Shown piece after piece: positions 47,097-56,708 of a DNA stretch of 64,000 bases (within the stretch, counting starts at the first letter, position 1; each line of letters starts with the position of its first letter). The notes below the pieces were generated by a model that was not told where the DNA came from, did no database searches, and worked only from the letters and a program-made list of their open reading frames with translations. Source of the stretch: a bacterium (GTDB lineage: Bacteria; Patescibacteriota; Patescibacteriia; JAACEG01; JAGUWE01); assembly GCA_043798995.1 (NCBI GenBank), contig JAZDOD010000008.1, positions 25,327-89,326 of the forward strand. The letters are read 5' to 3'. Position numbers and translations under genes: made by a program.

Positions 47097-49064
47097 ATGA
47101 ATAAATTTAAACTTAAAACTAAAATCAAACCGGCCGGAGACCAGCCTAAAGCTATAAAAGAGTTGGTTGCGAGTTTAAAAAACAGAAACAAGCACCAGAC
47201 GCTTTTGGGCGTGACCGGCTCGGGCAAAACTTTTACCATTGCCAATGTGATTGAAAAAATCCAAAGGCCAACTTTAGTGATCGCCCATAATAAAACTTTA
47301 GCCGCTCAACTGACAGCCGAACTGCGGCATTTTTTTCCCGAAAATGCGATTGAGTATTTTGTTTCCTATTATGATTATTATCAGCCTGAAGCTTATCTGC
47401 CAACCACCGATACTTACATTGAGAAAGAAGCGGAGATTAATGAAGAAATTGACCGGCTGCGTCATAGTGCCACCGCTGCTCTTCTTAGCCGCCGTGATGT
47501 AATTATTGTGGCTTCGGTTTCTTGTATTTATGGCTTGGGTTCGCCGGCTTACTATCGCGCCAGTGGCCTTTTTTTGGAAAAAGGAAAAAGCTATCCGCGC
47601 GGAGAGATTATAAAAAAATTAATTGAGATGCATTACAGCCGCAGTGAAGTTTTATCATTGGGTAAATTTCTTGCTCATGGCCAGGTAATTGAAATCGTGC
47701 CGCCGGCTCGGAAAATTATAATCAGAATTGAATTAACAAGTGATGATAAAATTAAGAAAATCTGGGAATTTGATCTTTTAACCCGCAGAGTTTTGCAAAA
47801 ATACAACCAAATTTATCTTTATCCGGCTAAGCATTTTGTCGTGCCAGAACCAATAATGGAGGAGTCCCTGCGAGAAATAGAAAAAGAGCTGGCCGAGAGG
47901 TTATCATATTTTAAAAAAGAAGGAAAATTATTAGAAGCTGAGCGTCTTGAGCGCCGGACACGCTACGACTTGGAGATGATGCGCGAGATCGGCTATTGCA
48001 ATGGTATTGAAAATTATTCTCGTTATTTAACTGGCCGGGCAGCCGGAGAGCCGCCTTATACTTTGATTGATTATTTTCCCGAAGATTTCCTTTTGGTTGT
48101 TGACGAATCGCACGTGACCATTCCGCAACTTAATGGCATGTATGAAGGAGATCATTCGCGAAAGAAAAATTTAGTTGAACACGGTTTTCGACTGCCTTCG
48201 GCTTTTGATAACCGGCCCTTGAAATTTCCTGAATTTGAAACTCATATCAATCAGATTGTTTACATGTCAGCTACGCCCGGTCCTTACGAGCGAAAGCATT
48301 CAGCGCAAATCGTTGAGCAAATTATTCGGCCAACAGGATTAGTTGATCCGGGAATAGCGGTTAAATCAGCCAAAGGCCAGGTAGCCGATTTATTAAAAGA
48401 AATTAAAGAAAGGGTAGAGAAAAAAGAGCGGATATTGGTGACAACTTTAACCAAAAAAATGGCTGAAGATTTGGCCGATTATCTTAAAGAAAATAAAATC
48501 AAAGCCGAATATCTTCACAGCGAAATTAATACTTTGGACAGAATTGTGATTTTGGAAGATTTGCGAAAAGGCAAATTTGACTGCTTGGTCGGCGTTAATT
48601 TAATTAGAGAAGGTTTGGATTTGCCTGAAGTTTCTTTGGTTGCAATTTTAGATGCCGATAAAGAAGGTTTTCTTCGCTCGGAAACTTCCTTAATTCAGAC
48701 CATTGGTCGAGCTGCCCGCAATGTCCGCGGGCAAGTGATTTTGTATGCTGATAATTTAACCGGTTCAATGAAGCGCGCTATTTCAGAAACCAATCGGCGC
48801 CGTCGAAAACAAGTTGAATATAATAAAAAATATCATATTACGCCCAAGACCATTCAAAAAGCAATCGAGGCCTTTATTGACCATGATTTGCGTCCCGAGC
48901 CAACCGATGAATATATCAATTTGGAAAGATTGGAAGATATCCCTAAAGTGATCAAACTTAAAACCAAGGAAATGGGAGAGTCGGCCAAAAATTTAGAATT
49001 TGAAAAAGCTGCGTTAATTCGCGATGAGATAGCGCAGCTCAGAAGACTGAAGCTAAGACCTTGA
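47097..49064 (+). CDS. uvrB: Excinuclease ABC subunit B
   Basis: LLGVTGSGKTFT is the Walker A motif and the helicase motifs follow. The C-terminus ESAKNLEFEKAALIRDEIAQLRR is a UvrB/UvrC-interaction domain. Confidence 0.95.
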   Translation: MNKFKLKTKIKPAGDQPKAIKELVASLKNRNKHQTLLGVTGSGKTFTIANVIEKIQRPTLVIAHNKTLAAQLTAELRHFFPENAIEYFVSYYDYYQPEAYLPTTDTYIEKEAEINEEIDRLRHSATAALLSRRDVIIVASVSCIYGLGSPAYYRASGLFLEKGKSYPRGEIIKKLIEMHYSRSEVLSLGKFLAHGQVIEIVPPARKIIIRIELTSDDKIKKIWEFDLLTRRVLQKYNQIYLYPAKHFVVPEPIMEESLREIEKELAERLSYFKKEGKLLEAERLERRTRYDLEMMREIGYCNGIENYSRYLTGRAAGEPPYTLIDYFPEDFLLVVDESHVTIPQLNGMYEGDHSRKKNLVEHGFRLPSAFDNRPLKFPEFETHINQIVYMSATPGPYERKHSAQIVEQIIRPTGLVDPGIAVKSAKGQVADLLKEIKERVEKKERILVTTLTKKMAEDLADYLKENKIKAEYLHSEINTLDRIVILEDLRKGKFDCLVGVNLIREGLDLPEVSLVAILDADKEGFLRSETSLIQTIGRAARNVRGQVILYADNLTGSMKRAISETNRRRRKQVEYNKKYHITPKTIQKAIEAFIDHDLRPEPTDEYINLERLEDIPKVIKLKTKEMGESAKNLEFEKAALIRDEIAQLRRLKLRP

Positions 49065-49140
49065 CTTTTTTAAGATTAATGATAAATTTAGTTGATAAAT
49101 GAGACTTTCGTTCATTGAATTTTTAAAAAGGAGGATTAGG

Positions 49141-49842
49141 ATGCATAAAGAGGCAGTTTATATTTATGGAGTAGCTAAAGGAGCAAATTTCCCTTTAACC
49201 ATGAAGGCCATTACGTTGACTACCGAACGCCATAAAGGTCAAACTCGCGCCGATGGGGTTACCCCTTACTCCGAACATCCAATTGAAGTTTGTCGTACAC
49301 TTTTAAATCACGGACTTTTGAAATTAAAACTCAGCTCATCACTTGAGGAAGACAGACACACCAAGGACGTAACTTGCGCTGCGGCTCTTGATCACGATTT
49401 AGAAGAGGATGAAAAAATGACCCACGAAGAGATAATTAATGAATTTGGCCAAGAGGTTGCTTATTTAACGGACCTTTTAACCAAGAGAAAGGGGATGACT
49501 TTTGAAGAACATATTAAAAATGTTTCCCAGGATATTCGGGCCGTGATTATCAAAGCAGCTGACAGGACAAGAAACATTAGCCAAATGGCCAAATTAAAAG
49601 AAGCTTTTCCCATCGAGAGATTAGAGAAAGTTCTTAAAGAAACTAAGGAACATGTTTTACCCATGATGAAGAAAGCTCGCCGAATCCATTTGGAATACTC
49701 CGATATGTTGGTAGCTTTTCGCGATCACATCAAAGCCGTGATGGAAGCGGTTGAAGAAGTAATTAAGGAAAGAAAAGAAAACGAGCAGTTAAGAAAAGAA
49801 AATGAGGAATTAAAAAAAGAATTAGCTAAATTTCAAAAATAA
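49141..49842 (+). CDS. HD-domain hydrolase resembling the RelA/SpoT (p)ppGpp-hydrolase domain (small alarmone hydrolase-like), with a C-terminal coiled coil
   Basis: RBS aaaaggagg precedes the ATG at 49141. HKGQTRADGVTPYSEHPIEVCRTLL resembles the SpoT HD motif (HxGQxR…G.PY..HP). ENEQLRKENEELKKELAKFQK is the coiled coil. Confidence 0.5.
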   Translation: MHKEAVYIYGVAKGANFPLTMKAITLTTERHKGQTRADGVTPYSEHPIEVCRTLLNHGLLKLKLSSSLEEDRHTKDVTCAAALDHDLEEDEKMTHEEIINEFGQEVAYLTDLLTKRKGMTFEEHIKNVSQDIRAVIIKAADRTRNISQMAKLKEAFPIERLEKVLKETKEHVLPMMKKARRIHLEYSDMLVAFRDHIKAVMEAVEEVIKERKENEQLRKENEELKKELAKFQK

Positions 49843-49845
49843 GCA

Positions 49846-49881
49846 TTAAAGGTCTGAAAAAATCAGACCTTATTTTTTGAA
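49846..49881 (+). terminator. Rho-independent terminator
   Basis: aggtctgaaaaaatcagacct followed by tatttttt. Confidence 0.55.
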
Positions 49882-49972
49882 ACATTGTTTGGAATCTAAA
49901 ATTATATTATCATATAGAGGTACCCTTATTTGGGGAGGTTTTTGTATTTCTGGAATTTTTAAGCAAATTTTT

Positions 49973-52798
49973 ATGGAGAAAAAAATCATTATTAAAGGCG
50001 CGAGAGTTCACAATTTGAAGAATATTTCGCTAGAACTGCCTCGGGATAAGTTTATTGTTTTTACCGGCATTTCCGGTTCGGGCAAGAGTTCCTTGGCTTT
50101 TGATACAATTTTTGCCGAGGGCCAAAGGCGCTATCTTGAAAGTTTATCAAGTTATGCCCGCCAGTTTTTAGGGCAGATGGAAAAACCCGATGTTGATTAT
50201 ATTGAAGGGCTAAGCCCGGCTATTTCTATTGATCAAAAATCCGCTTCGCATAATCCGCGTTCAACCGTTGGCACCATTACCGAGATCTATGATTATCTGC
50301 GGCTTTTATACGCTAAAATCGGCATTCCTTATTGTCCGAATTGCCAAAAGCCGCTTGCTAAAGTCAGTTTAGAACAGATGGCTGACAATATTTTAGAATT
50401 GGGCGAGGGAATTAAAATTCAAGTTATTGCGCCGGTTGTCCGCGGTAAAAAAGGCGAGTACAGCAGGCTACTGGATGAAATTTATCATCGCGGCTATGCC
50501 GAAGCCATCATCAACGGCAAGACAATTGATTTAAGCCAAAGAAAAAGAGTTAAACTGGCCCGTTATAAAATTCATAATATTGATGTGGTAATTGATACTT
50601 TAAAAATCAGTTCGGAAAATATCAGCCGGCTTTTTGAGGGCTTGGAATTAGCCGGCAAATTAACTAAAGGCATAGTTAAAATTAAAACTAAAGATAAAGA
50701 AATTTTTTTCAATCAAAGTTTAACTTGCCCGGTTTGTGACTGGAGCTTTCCGGAAATTGAACCGCGCCTTTTTTCATTTAACAGTCCTTACGGCGCTTGT
50801 CCTACTTGTATGGGCTTAGGCGTCAAAACCGAAATTGATCCGCGCCTGATTATTCCCGACAGAAACAAAACCCTGAGCGAAGGCGGGGTTTTGCCTTGGA
50901 GTTATACGCCCAAGAATTATTACGGCGCAATTTTAAATGCCGTGGCCCAGAATTATCGCATTTCTACCCATACCAGAATCAAGGATTTGCCGGCTGATAA
51001 AATCAATTTAATTTTAGACGGGCCAAAAATGCCGCAGCGTTTAAAAATTAGATTCTATATTCATGGCCAGCCGCGGGTTTATTACACTGATTTTAAAGGT
51101 TTGATGCCGTGGCTTAAAGAACGCTATGAACGGACTGATTCTGATAGTATCCGGCAGGAAATAGAAAAATATATGAGCTCCAATCCCTGTCCTGTTTGCC
51201 AGGGCGCCCGACTAAAAACAGAAAGTTTGCTGGTAAAAATTGTTGGTAAAAATATCGCTGAAGTGGCGGAGTTGCCCATTAAAAAAACAATCTCTTTTTT
51301 TGAAAAGCTTAGTTTAAACAAAAAAGAAACTTTAATCGCTGAAAAAATTTTGAAAGAAATCAAGAATCGTCTGAAATTTTTAAATGATGTGGGGCTTGAT
51401 TACTTGACGCTTAACCGTCCGGCCAATACTTTAGCCGGCGGCGAAACTCAGCGGATTCGCTTGGCTTCGCAGGTCGGTTCGGCTTTGATGGGAGTTTTAT
51501 ATATTTTGGATGAGCCTTCGGTCGGACTTCATCCGCGCGACAACAAACGGCTTCTAGACACGCTTTTTCATCTGCGGGATTTAGGCAATACTTTAATTGT
51601 GATTGAACATGACGAAGAAACAATGAAATCGGCTGACTGGCTGGTTGATATTGGGCCGGGCGCTGGCCGATTCGGCGGTAAAATTGTGGCTGAAGGCAAG
51701 ATCTCGGATATTTTAAAAGTTAAAGAATCAATTACGGCTCAATATTTGCGAGGTGAAAAAAGTATTCCGCTGCCTAATCTAAGAAGAAAAATTAAGAATA
51801 AATTTTTGGTTATCAAAGGCGCCAATGAGCATAATCTTAAAAATATCACAGTTTCCATTCCTTTAGGAATTTTTGTTGGCGTGACCGGCGTTTCTGGGAG
51901 TGGCAAATCAACTTTGATTAATGATGTTCTTTACCGCGCCTTGGCCCGCCAGTACCATCATTTTTTAGAGCGACCCGGCAAATACAGCGAAATTAAAGGC
52001 ACAGAATATTTGGACAAAGTTATTATTATTGATCAATCACCGATTGGTAAAACGCCGCGTTCTAACCCGGTGACTTATACCGGCGTTTTTACGCTAATCA
52101 GAAATCTTTTTGCCGCCACTCGCGAAGCCAAACAGCGCGGTTATCAGCTGGGACGATTTTCTTTTAATGTGCCGGGTGGCCGCTGCGGCGAGTGCGATGG
52201 CGAAGGATTTTTGCGCATTGAAATGCAGTTTTTGCCCGATGTTTACATTCCCTGCGATGTTTGTCATGGCACGCGCTATAATCAGGAGACGCTTCAAGTT
52301 AAATATAAAAATAAAAACATAGCCGAGGTTTTGGCCATGTCGGTTGAGCAAGCTCTGGAATTTTTTCGAGCTATTCCGGAAATCAAAGATAAGTTACAGG
52401 TGCTTTATGATGTTGGCTTGGGTTATATTCAGTTAGGCCAAGCATCAACCACGCTTTCCGGCGGTGAAGCCCAGCGCATTAAATTAGCGTCAGAACTTGC
52501 CCGGCGCGCTACAGGCAAAACTCTTTATATTTTAGATGAACCAACTACCGGGCTTCATTTTGACGACATCAAAAAATTATTAAATGTCTTGCAGCGTTTG
52601 GTTGAAGCCGGTAATTCGGTCATTGTGATTGAACATAATTTAGACGTCATTAAATGCGCCGACTGGCTGATTGATCTTGGTCCGGAAGGCGGCGATGAAG
52701 GCGGTCGGGTAGTGGTCACCGGCACGCCGGAAGAAGTGGCTAAATATTACAAGGAATCCTATACTGCTAAATTTTTACGAGAGGTTTTAAAAAAGTAA
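49973..52798 (+). CDS. uvrA: Excinuclease ABC subunit A
   Basis: Two ABC modules (GISGSGKSSLAF and GVSGSGKSTLIN), zinc fingers CPNCQ and CPVCQGAR, 942 aa from the internal ATG (MEKKIIIKGARVHNLKNI). Confidence 0.95.
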   Translation: MEKKIIIKGARVHNLKNISLELPRDKFIVFTGISGSGKSSLAFDTIFAEGQRRYLESLSSYARQFLGQMEKPDVDYIEGLSPAISIDQKSASHNPRSTVGTITEIYDYLRLLYAKIGIPYCPNCQKPLAKVSLEQMADNILELGEGIKIQVIAPVVRGKKGEYSRLLDEIYHRGYAEAIINGKTIDLSQRKRVKLARYKIHNIDVVIDTLKISSENISRLFEGLELAGKLTKGIVKIKTKDKEIFFNQSLTCPVCDWSFPEIEPRLFSFNSPYGACPTCMGLGVKTEIDPRLIIPDRNKTLSEGGVLPWSYTPKNYYGAILNAVAQNYRISTHTRIKDLPADKINLILDGPKMPQRLKIRFYIHGQPRVYYTDFKGLMPWLKERYERTDSDSIRQEIEKYMSSNPCPVCQGARLKTESLLVKIVGKNIAEVAELPIKKTISFFEKLSLNKKETLIAEKILKEIKNRLKFLNDVGLDYLTLNRPANTLAGGETQRIRLASQVGSALMGVLYILDEPSVGLHPRDNKRLLDTLFHLRDLGNTLIVIEHDEETMKSADWLVDIGPGAGRFGGKIVAEGKISDILKVKESITAQYLRGEKSIPLPNLRRKIKNKFLVIKGANEHNLKNITVSIPLGIFVGVTGVSGSGKSTLINDVLYRALARQYHHFLERPGKYSEIKGTEYLDKVIIIDQSPIGKTPRSNPVTYTGVFTLIRNLFAATREAKQRGYQLGRFSFNVPGGRCGECDGEGFLRIEMQFLPDVYIPCDVCHGTRYNQETLQVKYKNKNIAEVLAMSVEQALEFFRAIPEIKDKLQVLYDVGLGYIQLGQASTTLSGGEAQRIKLASELARRATGKTLYILDEPTTGLHFDDIKKLLNVLQRLVEAGNSVIVIEHNLDVIKCADWLIDLGPEGGDEGGRVVVTGTPEEVAKYYKESYTAKFLREVLKK

Positions 52799-52833
52799 AT
52801 AAAAAGCAGTGCCTAAAATTAAGCGACTGCTAA

Positions 52834-53166
52834 TTAATCCTTAAAAGGACTAATAATAATTCCCACAGCAATAAGAGTTATCGAAATCAGAAGTTTTGGC
52901 CAAAAAGCCAAAAAATTTCCACCGCTTGTTAGAATGAATGATCCTAAGAGCATCAAAGATCGTTTAACAACAAAACGAAAAGTGACTGCGGGGTTAAAAA
53001 ATCTTTCCACCAAAAGTAATAGTAGCCCATAGCCAAACATCAGAGCCGTTGTTGTTAGATACCAACTGTAAAGAAAATCATTTGTCTTCAAAAAAGCTGC
53101 TTTTGGCGTCTGGCCAGTGATTAAAATTGTGATGAAATATAAAAGAGCCAAGATCAAACCAATCAT
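52834..53166 (-). CDS. Small 4-TM membrane protein
   Basis: RBS GGAGG 5 nt upstream of the ATG at 53166 (MIGLILALLYFITILITG…). Four hydrophobic helices. Confidence 0.5.
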   Translation of the reverse strand: MIGLILALLYFITILITGQTPKAAFLKTNDFLYSWYLTTTALMFGYGLLLLLVERFFNPAVTFRFVVKRSLMLLGSFILTSGGNFLAFWPKLLISITLIAVGIIISPFKD

Positions 53167-53301
53167 TTTTTCCTCCCTGCACCAAAGAATATTAAAAATA
53201 ATAAATTTTGTCAATGAAGCCTATAAATTTTATCTGAAATTTTAAAATAAAAAAAGCAAGTTGTTGCTTGCCCATGCGATTAATAGTATATTTTTTTCAA
53301 T

Positions 53302-54603
53302 ATGTCAAGCTTTAAAAAGAAAATTGTAAAGGTTCTCAAAGTCCCCGGTGTTTATATTTTCTTCGCCAAAGGCGAATCCGCCTCTGGCGGAAAAGATAAA
53401 CGGGGCGAGATTTTATATATTGGTAAAGCAGCGAATCTTCATTCTCGCGTCTCCTCTTATCTCACCGGTCCTCATGATACCAAAACTGAAAAAATGATAT
53501 CGCAAATTGCTAAAGTTGATTACCAAAAAACCGATTCAGTTTTGGAAGCTTTGATCCTGGAAGCCAACTTGGTTAAAAAATATCAGCCGAAATATAATGT
53601 TAAATTAAAGGATGACAAGTCATTTTCATATTTTGCTATTACTAAAGAAGAATACCCTCGCGTATTGATATTACGCAAGACAGAGTTAGCTAAAGCCCAA
53701 AGCCCAACAAAGCCCAAAGCCCAAAACGATAATTTAAAATTGAAAATTGAAAATTTAAAATTGCGCGCCATTTACGGTCCTTATACCTCAAAAAAACAGA
53801 TGGAATTGGCGCTGCAGATTATAAGAAAGATTTTTTCTTTTCATTCAATGAGCCAAAAAACGGAAAAAGGTTGCTTGGATTTCCAGCTTGGCCGTTGCCC
53901 CGGCCCTTACGCCGGCGCTATTTCTCGCCAAGATTATCAAAAAAATATCCGCGGCATTGAGATGATTTTGGCAGGCAGGAAAAACGATTTACTTAAAAAA
54001 TTAGAAAAAGAAATGAGTTTTTTTTCAAAACATCAGAAATTTGAAAAAGCAGCTCAGCTTCGCAATAAAATTTTTGCTCTTAAGCATATTCAGGATGTGG
54101 CTTTGATTTCGAGAGAAGGATTTGGAAACCTGGTTTCCAAATTGGAAACCAGGTTTCCAAGACGAATTGAGGCCTATGATATTTCCAATATTTTCGGCCA
54201 ATATGCCACCGGCAGTATGATTGTTTTTACTGACGGACAGGTTGACAAATCTGAGTATCGCAAATTTAAGATTAAAACTATTTTCGGCATTGATGATGTC
54301 GGAATGATGAAAGAAGTTTTGCGAAGACGATTGACGCATCAGGAATGGCCCTTACCCAATCTTATTTTCATTGATGGTGGGGTCGGTCAGTTTAATGGAG
54401 CAGTTAGGGTTTTAGAAGAAAAAGGTCTCAAGATTCCGGTAGTGGCTTTAGCTAAAGGCCCAACTCGCCGCGGTGAAAAACTTTTCAGTTCTAAACCGGT
54501 TGATATCAAAATTAATCTAATCAAAGAAATCCGCGACGAAGCCCATCGCTTTGCCATTTCGTATCATAGATATTTAAGAAAGAGGGGATTAGCGGGGGGT
54601 TGA
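53302..54603 (+). CDS. uvrC: Excinuclease ABC subunit C, short form lacking the C-terminal (HhH)2 domain and carrying low-complexity insertions
   Basis: GIY-YIG domain GVYIFFAKG…ILYIGKAANLHSRVSSY. UvrBC-binding region QLRNKIFALKHIQ. RNase H-like endonuclease IEAYDISNIFGQ. Only 433 aa. Confidence 0.8.
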   Translation: MSSFKKKIVKVLKVPGVYIFFAKGESASGGKDKRGEILYIGKAANLHSRVSSYLTGPHDTKTEKMISQIAKVDYQKTDSVLEALILEANLVKKYQPKYNVKLKDDKSFSYFAITKEEYPRVLILRKTELAKAQSPTKPKAQNDNLKLKIENLKLRAIYGPYTSKKQMELALQIIRKIFSFHSMSQKTEKGCLDFQLGRCPGPYAGAISRQDYQKNIRGIEMILAGRKNDLLKKLEKEMSFFSKHQKFEKAAQLRNKIFALKHIQDVALISREGFGNLVSKLETRFPRRIEAYDISNIFGQYATGSMIVFTDGQVDKSEYRKFKIKTIFGIDDVGMMKEVLRRRLTHQEWPLPNLIFIDGGVGQFNGAVRVLEEKGLKIPVVALAKGPTRRGEKLFSSKPVDIKINLIKEIRDEAHRFAISYHRYLRKRGLAGG

Positions 54604-54628
54604 CAAGTTTTTTTATTCTTGATACAAT
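54600..54628 (+). promoter_or_regulatory. Near-consensus sigma70 promoter of the rplJL operon: TTGACA, 17 nt, TACAAT
   Basis: TTGACA at 54600-54605 overlaps the uvrC stop. A 17-nt spacer precedes TACAAT at 54623-54628. Confidence 0.55.
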
Positions 54629-54639
54629 TCTTTTAGAAA

Positions 54640-54908
54640 ATCAAATAGCCACAGACAATGGGTCGCTTAAAGAATTTTAGGCATAAACGTTCCCATCGAG
54701 GCAGATATTTTCCCCTATATTTTAGAGGGTTAATTACTTTCTGTGGCCATCCACAGATTTTTTTGTTTCCCCCTTTAATAAAGGGGGATTAAGGGGGATT
54801 TTAAAAATCACTCTCTGACTCTCCTTTTTATAAAGGGAGAGAACTTAAATCCCTCTTTCATCTCCCTTTTTCAAAGGGAGAAAATAATGAATTATTTATT
54901 TTATTTTT
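54640..54908 (+). promoter_or_regulatory. rplJ 5' leader with an attenuator-like hairpin and three family-3 GC hairpins
   Basis: ctgtgg ccat ccacag followed by attttttt (54741-54764). Hairpins ccccctttaataaaggggg, tctcctttttataaagggaga and tctccctttttcaaagggaga. This is the usual position of the L10(L12)4 autoregulatory leader. Confidence 0.35.
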
Positions 54909-55433
54909 ATGGCCAAAACCAAAGAACAAAAAAAGCGCATTGTGACTGATTTATCAGAAAAATTAAGCCAGTTTAAAGCCCTGGTTTTTACTGGTTTTAA
55001 TAAATTAACGGTCAAAGAGATTCGCGATTTTAAAAAACTTTGCCGCGAGAATAACCTTGATTACGCGGTTGCTAAAAAGAAATTGCTTAAGATTGCTTTA
55101 GAAAAAAATAAATTAGAGATTGAGCCGAAGAACATTGATGGAGAGATTGCTTTGATTATTAGCCGTGATGACGAAGTTATTCCCGCCAAATTAGCAATGC
55201 AGTTTATTAAAGACCATGAAGCCATGATAATCAAGGGTGGCATTTTGGAAAGACGGTGGCTTGATGTTAGTAGCGTGAAAGAATTAGCTAAAATTCCGGC
55301 CAAGCCAGAGCTTTTGGCTAAGTTGGTTGGCAGTCTGCAATCGCCGATTCGGGGTTTTGTCTGTGTTTTACAGGGTAATTTAAGAGGATTGGTTCAGGCG
55401 CTTAACGCGATCAAGGAACAGAAAAATAATTAA
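54909..55433 (+). CDS. rplJ: 50S ribosomal protein L10
   Basis: [42 protein letters not shown] is the canonical L10 N-terminus. Confidence 0.9.
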   Translation: MAKTKEQKKRIVTDLSEKLSQFKALVFTGFNKLTVKEIRDFKKLCRENNLDYAVAKKKLLKIALEKNKLEIEPKNIDGEIALIISRDDEVIPAKLAMQFIKDHEAMIIKGGILERRWLDVSSVKELAKIPAKPELLAKLVGSLQSPIRGFVCVLQGNLRGLVQALNAIKEQKNN

Positions 55434-55450
55434 TAATTAAGATAAATATT

Positions 55451-55861
55451 ATGTCAGAAGAAAAAAAAGAAGTTGAAGTCCCGGCTAAATTTAAAAAATT
55501 AGTTGAGGAAATTGAAAAGATGTCTGTTCTGGATTTAGCAGAACTTGTCAAAATTTTAGAAGACAAATTCGGCGTGAGCGCCCAAGCTCCGATAATGATG
55601 GCCGGAGTAATGCCCGGTGCCGGTGCTTCCCAAGAAGCGGTTGAAGAAAAAACTATTTTCAACGTTGAGCTGACTGACTCCGGCTCAAATAAAATCTCCG
55701 TCATCAAAGCCGTTAGAGAAGTGATTGAAATGGGTTTGAAAGATGCTAAAGATTTGGTTGATGGCGCGCCTAAGATGGTCAAGGAAGGCGTCAATAAAGA
55801 AGAAGCTGAAAACATTAAGAAAAAATTAGAAGGAGCCGGCGCTAAGGTGACTTTAAAATAA
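55451..55861 (+). CDS. rplL: 50S ribosomal protein L7/L12
   Basis: The C-terminal domain [53 protein letters not shown] is diagnostic. Confidence 0.9.
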   Translation: MSEEKKEVEVPAKFKKLVEEIEKMSVLDLAELVKILEDKFGVSAQAPIMMAGVMPGAGASQEAVEEKTIFNVELTDSGSNKISVIKAVREVIEMGLKDAKDLVDGAPKMVKEGVNKEEAENIKKKLEGAGAKVTLK

Positions 55862-55877
55862 GTAATAAAACAATAAA

Positions 55878-55912
55878 ATAACAGGGGCATAACCCTGTTA
55901 TTTTATTTGCGA
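55878..55912 (+). terminator. Rho-independent terminator of rplJL
   Basis: aataacaggg gcat aaccctgttatt followed by ttatttg. Confidence 0.55.
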
Positions 55913-55946
55913 AATTGAGAGATTAGTGTATAATTAAATAAAGTTT

Positions 55947-56519
55947 ATGTTTAATAAAAATTTGTTTAAAAAATTAAAAAAAGAGCATGATGATTTTAGG
56001 CGTTCAAGAAGGGAAGTGGTTCGGCTTGCCAATGACGCTTTGGCTAAGTCAAAGCAAGCAATTTTTGCCTTTCATCGAGGCAATCGCGAGGCAGGAGAAG
56101 CCTTGCTTAAAGAAGCGGAAAATATCCTTGGTTATCTTAATAAAAAATTCAAGAAAAACCAAGCCATACGGCAGGAAGGCGCTCTTAAGGCGGCCCATGA
56201 AGAATTTTTAGAAGCAAAATTTTTTGGTAAAGCATTGCAGGGCGAGAAGCTTGATTTTACCAAAAACCTTGAAATTAGTTTGGAGAGTTACTTGGGGGCT
56301 TTGTGCGATTTAACCGGCGAATTAGTCAGATCTGCCATTAACAAAGCAGCCGTTGGTCAAGCCAAAGAAGTAGAAAAGATAAAAAAAATTATTGGTGATA
56401 TTTTAGAAGAATTGGTTCAGTTTGACTTGACAGGATATCTGCGAACCAAATACGACCAGGCCAAGCACAATCTAAAAAAGATTGAAGAAATTTATTATGA
56501 TATAAAAATAAGAAAATAA
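55947..56519 (+). CDS. Translin-family-like protein (tentative)
   Basis: LESYLGALCDLTGELVRSAINKAA resembles the translin/TRAX motif DYLLG(L/V)ADLTGELMRLAI. All-helical, 190 aa. Confidence 0.45.
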   Translation: MFNKNLFKKLKKEHDDFRRSRREVVRLANDALAKSKQAIFAFHRGNREAGEALLKEAENILGYLNKKFKKNQAIRQEGALKAAHEEFLEAKFFGKALQGEKLDFTKNLEISLESYLGALCDLTGELVRSAINKAAVGQAKEVEKIKKIIGDILEELVQFDLTGYLRTKYDQAKHNLKKIEEIYYDIKIRK

Positions 56520-56530
56520 TTATAAATATA

Positions 56531-56692
56531 TGGAAACCAAAGATTTTTTACTCAAAGAAAGATCAAAGATTCGCCAAGGGGAAGTTGAGGAAAAAGAAAA
56601 ACTCAAGGATTTGTATATGGTGGTCGGAGTGCTGTTTGTTATTATTATGGTGGTAGTAATGATTATCATGAAAGGCGGCAAGTTGATTTAAT
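56531..56692 (+). CDS. Small single-TM protein (53 aa), speculative
   Basis: ATG-to-stop ORF with hydrophobic segment VVGVLFVIIMVVVMIIM. No clear RBS. Confidence 0.25.
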
Positions 56693-56708
56693 TTAATAAA
56701 AATTACCA

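Noticed and set aside
53690-53770. Low-complexity repeats (caaagccca and aaaattgaaaatt) inside uvrC as a separate feature
   Set aside because: They are in-frame insertions within an otherwise collinear UvrC. Described under findings rather than as independent elements.
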